A stretch of 64,000 nucleotides of DNA from an uncultured Holophagales bacterium (GTDB lineage: Bacteria; Acidobacteriota; Thermoanaerobaculia; Multivoradales; UBA5704), in NCBI GenBank assembly GCA_963842525.1, contig CAWJGT010000003.1, positions 32,001 through 96,000 on the forward strand, in the 5' to 3' direction. A model generated the notes under the pieces. It searched no databases and was not told the DNA's origin. It saw nothing but the letters and a program-made list of their open reading frames with translations. Below are positions 9,878 through 19,278 of this stretch, in pieces; position 1 is the first letter of the stretch, and every line of letters starts with the position of its first letter. Position numbers and translations under genes: made by a program.

Positions 9878-10632
9878 CCGGCTTCCCGCCGCGCTCCGGA
9901 GGACCCGTCCTGGAGCTGCCGCCGGGCGAGATCCACATCTGGTCCATCCGCCTGGACCCTCCCGCCGACCGCGTGGAGCGCCTCGGCCGCTCGCTCTCCT
10001 CCGACGAGTGGGAGCGGGCGAATCGCTTCCGCTTCGACCGCCACCGCCGGCAGTACGTGGTGGGCCGCGGTGCCCTGCGGTCCCTCCTCGCCGCCTATCT
10101 CGGCACCCGCCCCGAGCTCGTCCGCTTCGGCTACGCCGATCGGGGCAAGCCCTTCCTCTCCACCCCCTTCGCGGAGAGCGACCTGCGCTTCAACCTCTCC
10201 AACTCGGACGAGCTGGCCCTGGTCGGCTTTGTGCGAGGGATCGAGATCGGCGTCGACATCGAATACCTGAAGCCGATGCCCGACTGCGAGCAGATCTCCG
10301 AACGGTTCTTCTCGGAGAGCGAGCGGGCCGTCCTGCGGGAGCTCCCGGCGCACCAGAAAGAGGAAGCCTTCTTCAACTGCTGGACGCGCAAAGAGGCCTA
10401 CCTCAAAGCCGTCGGCACAGGCCTCGCCGCGCCGCTCGACTCCTTCGACGTCACCCTCGCCCCGGGCGAGCCACCGCGCATGCTCACCCTGGAAGGAGAC
10501 GCCAGCCGCGCCGCCCGCTGGGCCTTCGAGCACTTCCGTCCCGCCGACCAGTACATCGGAGCCTTCGCCATCGAAGGCAAGCCGTCAGGCGAGGGGGAGT
10601 GGCGGGTAGAGCGCTGGAGCTTCGAAGGGTAG
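9874..10632 (+). CDS. Sfp-type 4'-phosphopantetheinyl transferase
   Basis: GKP, FNLSNS, IGVDIE, FFNCWTRKEAYLKAVGTGL. Confidence 0.95.
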   Translation: MTGFPPRSGGPVLELPPGEIHIWSIRLDPPADRVERLGRSLSSDEWERANRFRFDRHRRQYVVGRGALRSLLAAYLGTRPELVRFGYADRGKPFLSTPFAESDLRFNLSNSDELALVGFVRGIEIGVDIEYLKPMPDCEQISERFFSESERAVLRELPAHQKEEAFFNCWTRKEAYLKAVGTGLAAPLDSFDVTLAPGEPPRMLTLEGDASRAARWAFEHFRPADQYIGAFAIEGKPSGEGEWRVERWSFEG

Positions 10633-10648
10633 ACCCTCCTGCGCTCGG

Positions 10649-10973
10649 TATCCACCGCGGCGTAAGCTTATCCACCGCAACATATCCTTATCCACCGCAG
10701 CGAAGCTTATCCACCGCGACGTAAGGATATCCACCGCGACATAAGCTAATCCACCGCGTCTGGCGTTATCCACCGCGAGATAAGAATATCCACCGCGACG
10801 TATCCTTATCCACCGCAAGATAAGCGTATCTGCCGCGACGCAAGGATCTCCACCGCGACTTAAGCGTATTCACCGCGTCTAGCTATAGCAGTAGCGTATC
10901 ACGATCTCACCGCAAGATAAGCTTCTCCGCCGCGACGTAAGCTTATCCACCGCAACTTAAGCTTATCCAGAGC
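10649..10973. repeat. Degenerate tandem array, ~17 units, 19-20 bp period, core TATCCACCGC
   Basis: Cores (some with mismatches) read at 10649, 10669, 10689, 10708, 10728, 10748, 10767, 10787, 10807, 10827, 10847, 10867, ~10905, 10924, 10944 and 10964, plus one decayed unit near 10886. Confidence 0.95.
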
Positions 10974-11585
10974 TTCTACGAGTCCCACCGGCCGCTGGCC
11001 GCGCTTCACCGCAACCTGGAGCGGGAGAGAACAGATGTCGCTCGGCGCCGCCGCGAGCTCTATTTGCCTCAGAGCCGGCTGTGTAGCGCGGTAGATGCGT
11101 AACCGCGCCTGCTCGGGAAAAGATGCCGCGGCGTTGTCAACTGGGCTACGCCTGCCCGAAGTGGAGCGAGGGCTCCGTCCGGCCTAAGCCCACCCCGACA
11201 TAGGGCAGACAGCGGTTTCGGCATCCCGGAAGACTGCGATCCCCTGGAAGGGTGGATCGTGGATCCGAGCCAATGCCATGTCTGTGAAGCAGCCGCGTCC
11301 TAGGTTCAAAATGTGCCTGGGGAGGGCCTGCGGTCAGCAATGATCGTGGTGTTCTTCTGCGAGATGCACGGGCATACCCGCTGTCACCTCATTCGGAACG
11401 AGGGCACCTCATTCCCGCGTACTTCTCGGGACGCGGACGCGGGTTGCCGCAGCCGGTCCGCCGGGAAGTGGGACCAGGACGCCGACTATCGCACGCACTG
11501 CCGGGGATCTAATACCTTCCCTGCTTCCCGTCGTCTGAGCCTGTAGTGGAGCGAGTCGCCTCTCCTGTGGGCGAGGCAGAAAGGG

Positions 11586-13232
11586 ATGGCCATGAAGACG
11601 ACGAGGAATCGATGGATGGGATGTGCGATGCTCGCGGTCTGGGTTGCCGCCGTGCCGGTGGGTGCGGCGGTCATCACGGTCGAGGCTCCGGCCGACGACA
11701 ACAACACACAGGACATGACCTGCACCCTGCGCGAAGCGGTGCAGTCGGCGTTCGAGGACAATCCTAATCAGTCCAACAAGGGGTGCACGCCTGGGAATGG
11801 CGCCGACACAATCGTGTTCGACGCGGGCGCGGTCCCGCCCGGGACGGTGATCAAATTACCGCTCGGCTCGATCTCGCTGAGCTCGAGCGTGACGATCCAG
11901 GGGCCGGCCACGTTGAGCAACGCGGCCGGCTCTCCGATCTTCGTGCTCGCCAGCTCCTTCAAGATCACGATCAAGGATATCGACTTCCACCAGGGCTCGA
12001 CCTCGGGAAGCGGAGGCGCGATTCTGATCAACGGCGGTGACGCCGACGTGACGATCGACAACTGCACCTTCACCGAGAACCAGGCGGGCTCGGAAGGCGG
12101 AGCGATCTCGGCGGGCGGCGGCAAGCTCACGATCAAGAATTCCTATTTCGGGCTCAACACTTCGGGGCAGGGCGGCGGTGCTGTCAAAGCCTCGGGGATC
12201 GTGACGATCGAGGACTCCTGGTTCGAGGACAACGTCGCCGGTTTTGGCGGCGGCGCGGTCTACTGCGGAACAGGGGCCTTGACCGTGAAGCGAAGCTACT
12301 TCGGGCTCAACATCGCGAGCGGCGGCCGGGGCGCGATCTTCACCGGTGGCGGTGGCCTTCACACCCAGTGCAGCACCGAGATCCTCCACTCGCATTTCTA
12401 CGCCAACCACACGTTTGGCGACAGCAACGGCGGCGGACTGTACATCGGGGCGAGCGGCTCTGCCAATGTGAAACAGTCCCTGTTCCACCTCAACAGCGCG
12501 GGCTTCGGTTCGACGCTCGGCGGTGGCGGCGGCGGCATCTTCAGCCAGGGGGAGACCGTCCTCGACCGCGTCGTGATCTGGCAGAACGTCGTCAAGGGGG
12601 GCTTCGGCGGCGCGGGGATCCAGTTCTTTGGAAACTCGACGAAGAAGAGCACCGTGGTCAACTCGGCGGTGTTCAAAAATACAACGACCGCGAAGGACGC
12701 GATGAAGATCGACGGCGAAGGTATTCCCTGCTCGGACATGGAGGTCTGTCTCGGTGCCGGAATCTCGGTGGTCGGAAAGGCCGAGGTGGAGATCATCGCG
12801 AGCACGCTGGCTTCGAACTCGGGCCGGGAAGAGCTCTTGGTCGACAGTGATGGCAAGGTGGAGCTGACCAGTACGCTGATCGACGGCGAGCTCACCGACC
12901 AGACGTGCGGCGGGCAGTTGGGGCAGATCCACGACGGTGAGCTCAACGCGGGAGGGTTCAACCTCCAGTGGGGCGGGCTCTTCGGCAATCCGACCTGTCT
13001 CGTGATCGACAAAGGAAAACCCGACATCCAGATCCTGACCGGCGGCAGCTTCCCCGCCTCAACCCCGTTCGGTCCGCTCGACTTCCCCTACCCCCGCCCG
13101 AGCGCGGCCGGTGCGGCGGTCGAGGCGGGAGATTGGGTGAGCTGCGCGATCTTGCCGGTCGACAGCAAAGATCTCCTGGACAAGGATCGACCGCTCAAGT
13201 GCACGGTGGGAGCGGTCGAGACGTTGAACTGA
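11586..13232 (+). CDS. Secreted CSLREA-domain protein with GGAI-type beta-helix repeats and a choice-of-anchor-Q-like tail
   Basis: Signal peptide, CTLREAV, repeated FxxN...GGAI/GGGL motifs, C-terminal AAVEAG...C...RP..CTVGAVE. Confidence 0.8.
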   Translation: MAMKTTRNRWMGCAMLAVWVAAVPVGAAVITVEAPADDNNTQDMTCTLREAVQSAFEDNPNQSNKGCTPGNGADTIVFDAGAVPPGTVIKLPLGSISLSSSVTIQGPATLSNAAGSPIFVLASSFKITIKDIDFHQGSTSGSGGAILINGGDADVTIDNCTFTENQAGSEGGAISAGGGKLTIKNSYFGLNTSGQGGGAVKASGIVTIEDSWFEDNVAGFGGGAVYCGTGALTVKRSYFGLNIASGGRGAIFTGGGGLHTQCSTEILHSHFYANHTFGDSNGGGLYIGASGSANVKQSLFHLNSAGFGSTLGGGGGGIFSQGETVLDRVVIWQNVVKGGFGGAGIQFFGNSTKKSTVVNSAVFKNTTTAKDAMKIDGEGIPCSDMEVCLGAGISVVGKAEVEIIASTLASNSGREELLVDSDGKVELTSTLIDGELTDQTCGGQLGQIHDGELNAGGFNLQWGGLFGNPTCLVIDKGKPDIQILTGGSFPASTPFGPLDFPYPRPSAAGAAVEAGDWVSCAILPVDSKDLLDKDRPLKCTVGAVETLN

Positions 13233-15117
13233 GGTCGAATGCGGTGAGCTTCTTTTCCTGGGCGGCCGGCGCCGTGCCGGCCGGCCGCATCCAGGCCTCC
13301 AGGTGCCCCTTCTGCTCGGCCGTGGCCACGGGGTCCGGCTCCAGCTTCCATTTGAGGCGCGGCTCTTCGCCGAAGGTGATGGGGAGGTGGAGGATGCGCT
13401 CGCGGCGGGCGATGAGGAGGGTGGCTTTCTGCCCGGGGCGGTAGGCTTTGAGGCGGTCTTTCCAGACTTCGGGTGGGATGCGGTAGTCGTCGAGCGCCAG
13501 GATCTCGTCGCCGTAGTTGAGGCCGGCTGCGTAGCCGGGGGTGTCGCGGCGGAGCTGGGTGACCATCAGGCGTCCTCCCTGGACTTCGGTGTCGATCCCC
13601 AGCCAGCCGGCGGGTTCCTTGGGCTTGTCGCCGTTGTCCTTGTCCTTCTCGCTCTCGGTGAAGTGCAGGCCGAGCCAGGACAGGGCTTCGGAATAGTCGA
13701 GCTCGCCGGTCCCTTCGAGCACCTGATCGAACCAGGGGTCGAGGTCGATCCCCGCCACCTCCTCGGCGGCGGCGCGGAATTCGGCGCCCTCAAATCCATG
13801 CTCTCCTGAAAATCTTTGCCAGAGCCGGCGCATCACGTCGTCCAGGCTGGCCCGGCCGTTGGTGGCGCGACGGATCTTTACGTCGAGGAGGAAGCCGACG
13901 ATCGCGCCCTTGGTGTAGTAGCTGATCCCCGTGTTGAGGCTGTTCTCGTCCTTCCGGTAGTACTTGATCCAGGCGTCGAAGGATGAGTCCGCGAGCGACT
14001 GGACCTGCCGTCCCGGCGCGGTCTGCAGCTCTTCGATCTGCTTGCTGAGGTGCTTCAGGTATTCCTTGCGCGTCGAGAGGCCGGCGCGATGGACCAGCAG
14101 GTCACAGTAGTAGGAGGTCAGGCCCTCGGCGGTCCAGAGGTCGCGGGTGTAGACCTCCTGCTCGTAGTCGAAGGGCCCGAGGGCGACCGGGCGGAGGCGC
14201 TTGACGTTCCAGGCGTGGAAGAGCTCGTGGCTCACCAGCTCGAGCCAGTCCACGTACCCTTCGCGGGTGCGCGCTTTCCAGCGGCTGGTCATCAGGACGG
14301 TCGAGTCCTTGTGCTCGAGGCCGCCGCCGGCCTCGGTGATCATGTTGAAGAAGACGTAGCGCGGGTAGGGGGGACTGCCCCAGAGGGCGACCTGCTCGCG
14401 CACGATCCGCTCGGTGTCCGCGGCCGAGCGCGGGCCGTCCCAGATGGTGCCTTCGCCCTCGTTGACCAGCAGATGGGGGCGGCCGGCGACCTCGAAGCGG
14501 TAGAGCCGGGCGTTGCCGGCGTAGAGCGGCGAGTCGACCAGCGTGTCGAAGTCCTCCGCCCGGAAGCGGAGCGTGCCGCCGTCCTCGACCGGCTCGGCGA
14601 GGGGGCTCACCGCCACCTTCCAGGCGGCGGGCAGGACGACCTGGACGTCGTGAGGCCGGTTCTTGCCATCTGCCAGGGTCAGGAAGGTCGGCGCGCCGTT
14701 GACGATCGCGAAGTCCTGGTCCACGAAGTTGGTCCGCACCGTCATCTCGCGCGAGTAGACCCGATAGCGCACACGGACGCGGGGGAGGCCGCGGGTCTCC
14801 ACCTTCCAGCGGTTCTTGGTCGACTTGTCGAGGGACAGCGGCTCGCCGGCTTCGTTGGTGGCCGAGACCTCCTCCAGGTTCCGGGAGAACTCCCGGATCA
14901 TGTAGGAGCCCGGCGTCCAGGTGGCCATCATCAGCTCGACCTCGGGGCGTCCGTCGGTCGGGAGCAGCGCCTCGACGTCGATGTAGTGGGTCCAGGGCTC
15001 GGAGAAGCGCACGGTGTAGGAGATCGGTTCGGGCATCGCGGCTCCGTGGGCAGGGACAAGACCTGAGATCGCCAGGACGAGGAGGATCGGCATCAATAGG
15101 GCTCTGGCTCTGGACAT
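13195..15117 (-). CDS. M61-family glycyl aminopeptidase with C-terminal PDZ domain
   Basis: WTPGSY, GGGLEH, HELFHAWNVKR (HEXXH), EGLTSYY, SYYTKG, PDZ (TPGYAAGLNYGDEILA). Confidence 0.92.
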   Translation of the reverse strand: MSRARALLMPILLVLAISGLVPAHGAAMPEPISYTVRFSEPWTHYIDVEALLPTDGRPEVELMMATWTPGSYMIREFSRNLEEVSATNEAGEPLSLDKSTKNRWKVETRGLPRVRVRYRVYSREMTVRTNFVDQDFAIVNGAPTFLTLADGKNRPHDVQVVLPAAWKVAVSPLAEPVEDGGTLRFRAEDFDTLVDSPLYAGNARLYRFEVAGRPHLLVNEGEGTIWDGPRSAADTERIVREQVALWGSPPYPRYVFFNMITEAGGGLEHKDSTVLMTSRWKARTREGYVDWLELVSHELFHAWNVKRLRPVALGPFDYEQEVYTRDLWTAEGLTSYYCDLLVHRAGLSTRKEYLKHLSKQIEELQTAPGRQVQSLADSSFDAWIKYYRKDENSLNTGISYYTKGAIVGFLLDVKIRRATNGRASLDDVMRRLWQRFSGEHGFEGAEFRAAAEEVAGIDLDPWFDQVLEGTGELDYSEALSWLGLHFTESEKDKDNGDKPKEPAGWLGIDTEVQGGRLMVTQLRRDTPGYAAGLNYGDEILALDDYRIPPEVWKDRLKAYRPGQKATLLIARRERILHLPITFGEEPRLKWKLEPDPVATAEQKGHLEAWMRPAGTAPAAQEKKLTAFDLSSTSRPLPPCT

Positions 15118-15184
15118 GAGGGGACCAAAGTACAGGAGATCCCCTCGATCGCCAAATGGCCGGCAGGCCGTATACTCCGCCCCC

Positions 15185-16489
15185 ATGCGAGGCCCGCAGC
15201 ACGAAACAAATGCCCTCCTGGAGGAAGATGCGCCGGCCCTCTTCCGCGCGCTCTCGCCTCTCGGGCGGCGCGCCTACTTTCCGCCGGACGTGCCTGCCCA
15301 GAGCGCCGAAGCGCGGGGCAAGGAGATCAACGGCACCATCGGCCAGATCACCGACGGGCGGGGCGGTGCTGTCCCGCCGCCAGCTCTCGCCCAGGCCTTT
15401 TCAGGGCTCTCGGCCGCGGACCTCAGCCAGGCCCTGCTCTATTCGCCGATCGAAGGGCTGCCCGAGGTCCGGCACCGGTGGCGCGCATGGCAGCGGCGCG
15501 ATCTTCTGAGAGAGGTTCCCTCCAGCCTGCCATTGGTGACAGTCGGCTTGAGCCACGGACTGTCGATCCTGGCCGACCTCTTCGGCGGCGAGGGACGGGC
15601 AGTCGCCATTCCACGGCCTTTCTGGGGAAACTATCGCCAGGCCTTTGCCGTGCGCACCGGCGCGGAGGTGCGGACCGCGCCTGCCTATGTGGACGGCCGC
15701 TACAACTGCCACGCCACGGCCGAGGCTCTGGCGGACCTGCCGGACGGCGAGCCCGCGGTGACGATCCTCAACCTCCCCTCGAACCCCGGCGGGTACTCGC
15801 TGACGGTCGACGAACGGCGCGAGGTCTGCGCCTCCCTGGTCGCCATGGCAGAGCGGCGGCCCCTGGTGGTGATCTGCGACGACGCCTATGCCGGGCTGGT
15901 CTATGAGACCGAGATCCCGCGCGCCTCGCTCTTCTGGGACCTCGCGGGCGCGCATCCGAGCCTCGTCCCGGTCAAAGTCGATGGGGCGACCAAGGAGTTC
16001 TCCTTCTTCGGCGGCCGGGTGGGCTTCCTGACCTTCGCGGTGGATCCCGATTCAGGAGCCGCCCGGGCGCTGGAGAGCAAGGTCAAGATGCTCGTGCGCT
16101 CCAGCGTGGGCTCGCCGATCACGTCGAGCCAGGTCGTCCTCCTCCAGGCGCTGCGCAAGGAGGGGATCGAAGCGGAGGTGGAAGCGGTCCGAGCCCTCCT
16201 GGAGAGTCGGTACCGGGCCCTTCAGGGAGCCCTGGCGGAGACCGATCCCAAGCTCCTGACCGTGCTCCCCTTTAACTCGGGCTGCTTCGCTCTCGTCGAG
16301 CTGCCCGAGCGGCTCGGCCTGACCGCCGAGGCCGTGCGCCGCCACCTCCTGGACCATCACGACACCGGGCTGATCTCGATCGACGCGCGCTATCTGCGCA
16401 TCGCTCACTGCTCGGTGGATTCGTCCGCGCTTCCCGAGCTGGTTCGCAGGCTGGAGAGAGCGGTGATGGAGCTGTGCCGCCGGCCGTAG
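15185..16489 (+). CDS. Class I/II PLP-dependent aminotransferase
   Basis: FWGNY, NLPSNPGGY, DDAYAG, DGATKE...GGRVGF, PFNSGCF. Confidence 0.88.
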   Translation: MRGPQHETNALLEEDAPALFRALSPLGRRAYFPPDVPAQSAEARGKEINGTIGQITDGRGGAVPPPALAQAFSGLSAADLSQALLYSPIEGLPEVRHRWRAWQRRDLLREVPSSLPLVTVGLSHGLSILADLFGGEGRAVAIPRPFWGNYRQAFAVRTGAEVRTAPAYVDGRYNCHATAEALADLPDGEPAVTILNLPSNPGGYSLTVDERREVCASLVAMAERRPLVVICDDAYAGLVYETEIPRASLFWDLAGAHPSLVPVKVDGATKEFSFFGGRVGFLTFAVDPDSGAARALESKVKMLVRSSVGSPITSSQVVLLQALRKEGIEAEVEAVRALLESRYRALQGALAETDPKLLTVLPFNSGCFALVELPERLGLTAEAVRRHLLDHHDTGLISIDARYLRIAHCSVDSSALPELVRRLERAVMELCRRP

Positions 16490-17937
16490 GCGAAATAGAT
16501 CACCAGGCCGAGCGCCAGCCAGACCAGGAGCCGCAGCCAGTTCTCCGAAGGAAGGGAGAACATCAGGAGCAGGCAGGTGCCGATGCCCAGGATGGGCACC
16601 AGCGGCACCAGCGGCGCCCGGAAGGGGCGCTCGGCCTCCGGATGGGTGCGGCGCATGACGAGGACCGCCGCGCAGACGATGACGAAGGCGAGCAGCGTCC
16701 CCATGCTCACCAGCGAGAGAAGCACCTGGATCGGCAGCAGCCCGGCCAGCGTCGCCACGAACAGGCCGGTGGCGATCGTCGACTTCCAGGGCGTGCGGAA
16801 GCGGGGGTGGACGTCGCCGAAGAAGCTCGCGGGGAGCAGCCCGTCGCGCGCCATGGCCAGGAGCACGCGCGGCTGGCTGAGCATCATGACCAGGAGCACC
16901 GAGGTGATCCCGGCCACGGCGGCCACGGCCAGGAGCAGATGCGCCCAGCCGAGGCCAACCCGTTCGAAGGCCTCGGCCACCGGCGCCGCCACGTCGAGCT
17001 CAGTGTACGGGACCATGCCGGTGAGCACCGCCACCACGCCGAGGTAAAGGACGGTGCAGAGGACGAGCGAGGTAAGGATGCCGATCGGCACATCCCGTTG
17101 CGGTCTCTTGGCCTCCTCGGCGTGGGTGGAGACCGAATCGAAGCCCAGATAAGCGAAGAACGCGAGGGCCGCACCGGCCATCATGCCGAGCGGCCGGCCG
17201 CCGGGGTCGGCCTGTCCGAGGAGCGTATGGCCGAAGGCGCTCAGGCCCGTAAGGCCGTAGGGCGCGAAGGGATGCCAGTTGGCGGGGTTGACGTAGAAGG
17301 CGCCGACAACGATGACGAACAGCACGGCGACGACCTTGATCGCCACCATCACGGCGTTCAGCCCCGCGCTCTCGCGGATGCCGACGATCAGGATGACCGT
17401 CACGATCGCCACGATGAAGAGCGCCGGCAGGTTGATCACCGCTCCCGTGGGGACCAGCCGTCCGATCTCGGCGTCGTAGGCGATGGGAGGGCCGGCGAGC
17501 GCCGGAGGCATGGCCAGCCCGAAGGAGCGGAGCACGCTCTGGAAGTAGCCGGACCAGCCGCTCGCCACCGTGGCGGAACCGACCGCGTATTCGAGGACCA
17601 GGTCCCAGCCGATGATCCAGGCGAAGAGCTCGCCAAGGGTGGCATAGGCATAGGTGTAGGCCGAGCCGGCCACCGGCACCATCGAGGCGAACTCGGCATA
17701 GCAGAGCGCCGCGAAGACGCAGGCGAGCCCGGCCACCACATAGGACAGCATCAGGGCCGGGCCGGCGACCTCCTTGGCAATGGCACCGGTGGTCACGAAG
17801 ATGCCGGTGCCGATGATGGCGCCGACCCCCAGGCTGGTGAGCTGGACAGGGCCGAGCACACGGCGCAGGCGGCTCTCGCCCTTGAGCTCGGCCAGCAGCA
17901 CGTCGAGCGGCTTGCGGGTAAAGAGAGAATGAGGCAT
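16405..17937 (-). CDS. APC-family amino acid permease
   Basis: GAIIGTGIF, CYAEFAS, GSAYTY, FFAYLGFD, MARDGLLP; multiple TM helices. Confidence 0.95.
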   Translation of the reverse strand: MPHSLFTRKPLDVLLAELKGESRLRRVLGPVQLTSLGVGAIIGTGIFVTTGAIAKEVAGPALMLSYVVAGLACVFAALCYAEFASMVPVAGSAYTYAYATLGELFAWIIGWDLVLEYAVGSATVASGWSGYFQSVLRSFGLAMPPALAGPPIAYDAEIGRLVPTGAVINLPALFIVAIVTVILIVGIRESAGLNAVMVAIKVVAVLFVIVVGAFYVNPANWHPFAPYGLTGLSAFGHTLLGQADPGGRPLGMMAGAALAFFAYLGFDSVSTHAEEAKRPQRDVPIGILTSLVLCTVLYLGVVAVLTGMVPYTELDVAAPVAEAFERVGLGWAHLLLAVAAVAGITSVLLVMMLSQPRVLLAMARDGLLPASFFGDVHPRFRTPWKSTIATGLFVATLAGLLPIQVLLSLVSMGTLLAFVIVCAAVLVMRRTHPEAERPFRAPLVPLVPILGIGTCLLLMFSLPSENWLRLLVWLALGLVIYFAYGRRHSSITALSSLRTSSGSADESTEQ

Positions 17938-18046
17938 GGTCGTCCTCCTCGTTCAGGTCTGAGAGGAGGGTAGGAGAGAGGACGGGAGGGGCTCTATGCC
18001 GGCACCTCCGGGGACCTCCGGAGATTATGGGGAGGTGGCGGGAGGT

Positions 18047-18254
18047 CCTCACCCCCTGTCCCCCTCTCCCATCGCCCCCCCTGCCCCCGGGAGAGGGGGG
18101 ACCTAGATGAGGCCGGTCCGCGAGACCCAATGCTGTTCGTTCAGTTGAGTTGTCTGAAGCCGTCTTCGGCCATAGATCGGCACGGACGCCTGATCTACGT
18201 CCCCCCTCTCCCGGTCGGTGGGGGGGCGATGGGAGAGGGGGACAGGGGGTGAGG
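18047..18254. repeat. REPIN/MITE-like palindromic element, copy 1
   Basis: Arms CCTCACCCCCTGTCCCCCTCTCCCATCGCCCCCC ... GGGGGGCGATGGGAGAGGGGGACAGGGGGTGAGG around a ~95-bp core. Confidence 0.9.
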
Positions 18255-19274
18255 CACCGCCCGCCCCACCCGCAGCTCATCGCGCAGCCGGTAGGCGTGC
18301 CGGGCGGTGACGATCGCTCCGGGATCGGCGAGCCGGCTGCGCAGCAGGTGGAGGTGCCGGGCGGCGAGGTTGGTCAGCTCGGCGCGCAGGGCTCCTTCCG
18401 GAGCAATGCGCTCGCCGATGTCGACCACCGGGATGCCTGAGCCCCCCGGGCCGTCCCCGAGCCGGTCGGCGATCAGCCGGCGCCAGGTCTCTCCCTCCTG
18501 GCTTTCCGCGCGCAGGCGCAGGCGGCGATCGCTTGCGACGGTCCGGCCTCCAAGCTCGACGCCCCCGTCTGCGGCAAGCCAGACGACGAGGTCCATCTCC
18601 ATTTCGACCTCCTGCCGGTCCTGCTCCGTCGACCCGACCGCGGCGGGAGCGAGGCGCCGGGCCCCCTCGACGGCTTCGAGCGACCAGGGGAATCTCCGTT
18701 CGAGGAAGGAGCGGAGCGTGGGGACCACGACCTGCGCGAGATCGCCCTTCTCGAGCACGTCGCGCGGATCGAAGCCGGCCTCGGCCAGGTCGCGGCCGAA
18801 GGTGGCCTCGTAGCCCCGCTTGTTGGAGAAGAACCGGCAGACCGGCGGGCGCGTGGGGAACATCCCGCGGACCGTGGCGGCCAGGTCGATCGACTCCCAC
18901 CAGCGCTCGGCGGACAGGAAGGAGAGGGTCGCGAGCTGGACGTCCTGGAGGAGGAGGCCGCCCGGCCGCAGCAGGCCCGCGAGGGTCCGGCAGAAGGCGC
19001 GGGAGGCCGAAAAGACCTGCGGATCGAGCGTGATTCGCCCTCCTGACGAAGGCTCCGGCAGTGTTGGAGGGATTGCCGCGGCCACCCGCAGCCCCGGATG
19101 GGCGGAGAGCCAGCGCTCGACCGTGGCCGTCGTGTCCGGGCCGGGCCGCTCCAGGCAGAGCACGCCCAGGTGGGGGAGCACCTCCGGCGCTCCCGCGGCC
19201 AGCGCGTGGAGCAGCTCGGTGATGTGGAAGAGGTGGTCCTCCACGACCACGATCGGGCGGCGGGAGAGAAGCAT
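18195..19274 (-). CDS. Hypothetical regulator: receiver-like N-terminus and OmpR-type winged-helix-like C-terminus
   Basis: IVVVEDH...GVLCLERPGPD at the N-terminus; NLAARHLHLLRSRLADPGAIVTARHAYRL resembles Trans_reg_C; the last ~17 codons lie inside the repeat arm. Confidence 0.55.
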   Translation of the reverse strand: MLLSRRPIVVVEDHLFHITELLHALAAGAPEVLPHLGVLCLERPGPDTTATVERWLSAHPGLRVAAAIPPTLPEPSSGGRITLDPQVFSASRAFCRTLAGLLRPGGLLLQDVQLATLSFLSAERWWESIDLAATVRGMFPTRPPVCRFFSNKRGYEATFGRDLAEAGFDPRDVLEKGDLAQVVVPTLRSFLERRFPWSLEAVEGARRLAPAAVGSTEQDRQEVEMEMDLVVWLAADGGVELGGRTVASDRRLRLRAESQEGETWRRLIADRLGDGPGGSGIPVVDIGERIAPEGALRAELTNLAARHLHLLRSRLADPGAIVTARHAYRLRDELRVGRAVPHPLSPSPIAPPPTGRGGT

Positions 19275-19278
19275 GGCT

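Noticed and set aside
10649-10973. CRISPR array or TIGR-like guide array
   Set aside because: The repeat is only 10 bp, the linkers are related to each other rather than unique, and no cas or Nop-domain gene is present in the window.
10649-10973. Chromosomal oriC
   Set aside because: No perfect TTATCCACA box, no clear AT-rich unwinding element and no dnaA/dnaN/gidA neighbours; kept only as a possible binding array.
10975-11585. Short ORFs in the gap before the CSLREA gene
   Set aside because: No RBS or motif support and atypical composition; only a small hairpin (GCGCGGT...ACCGCGC, ~11086-11108) is evident.
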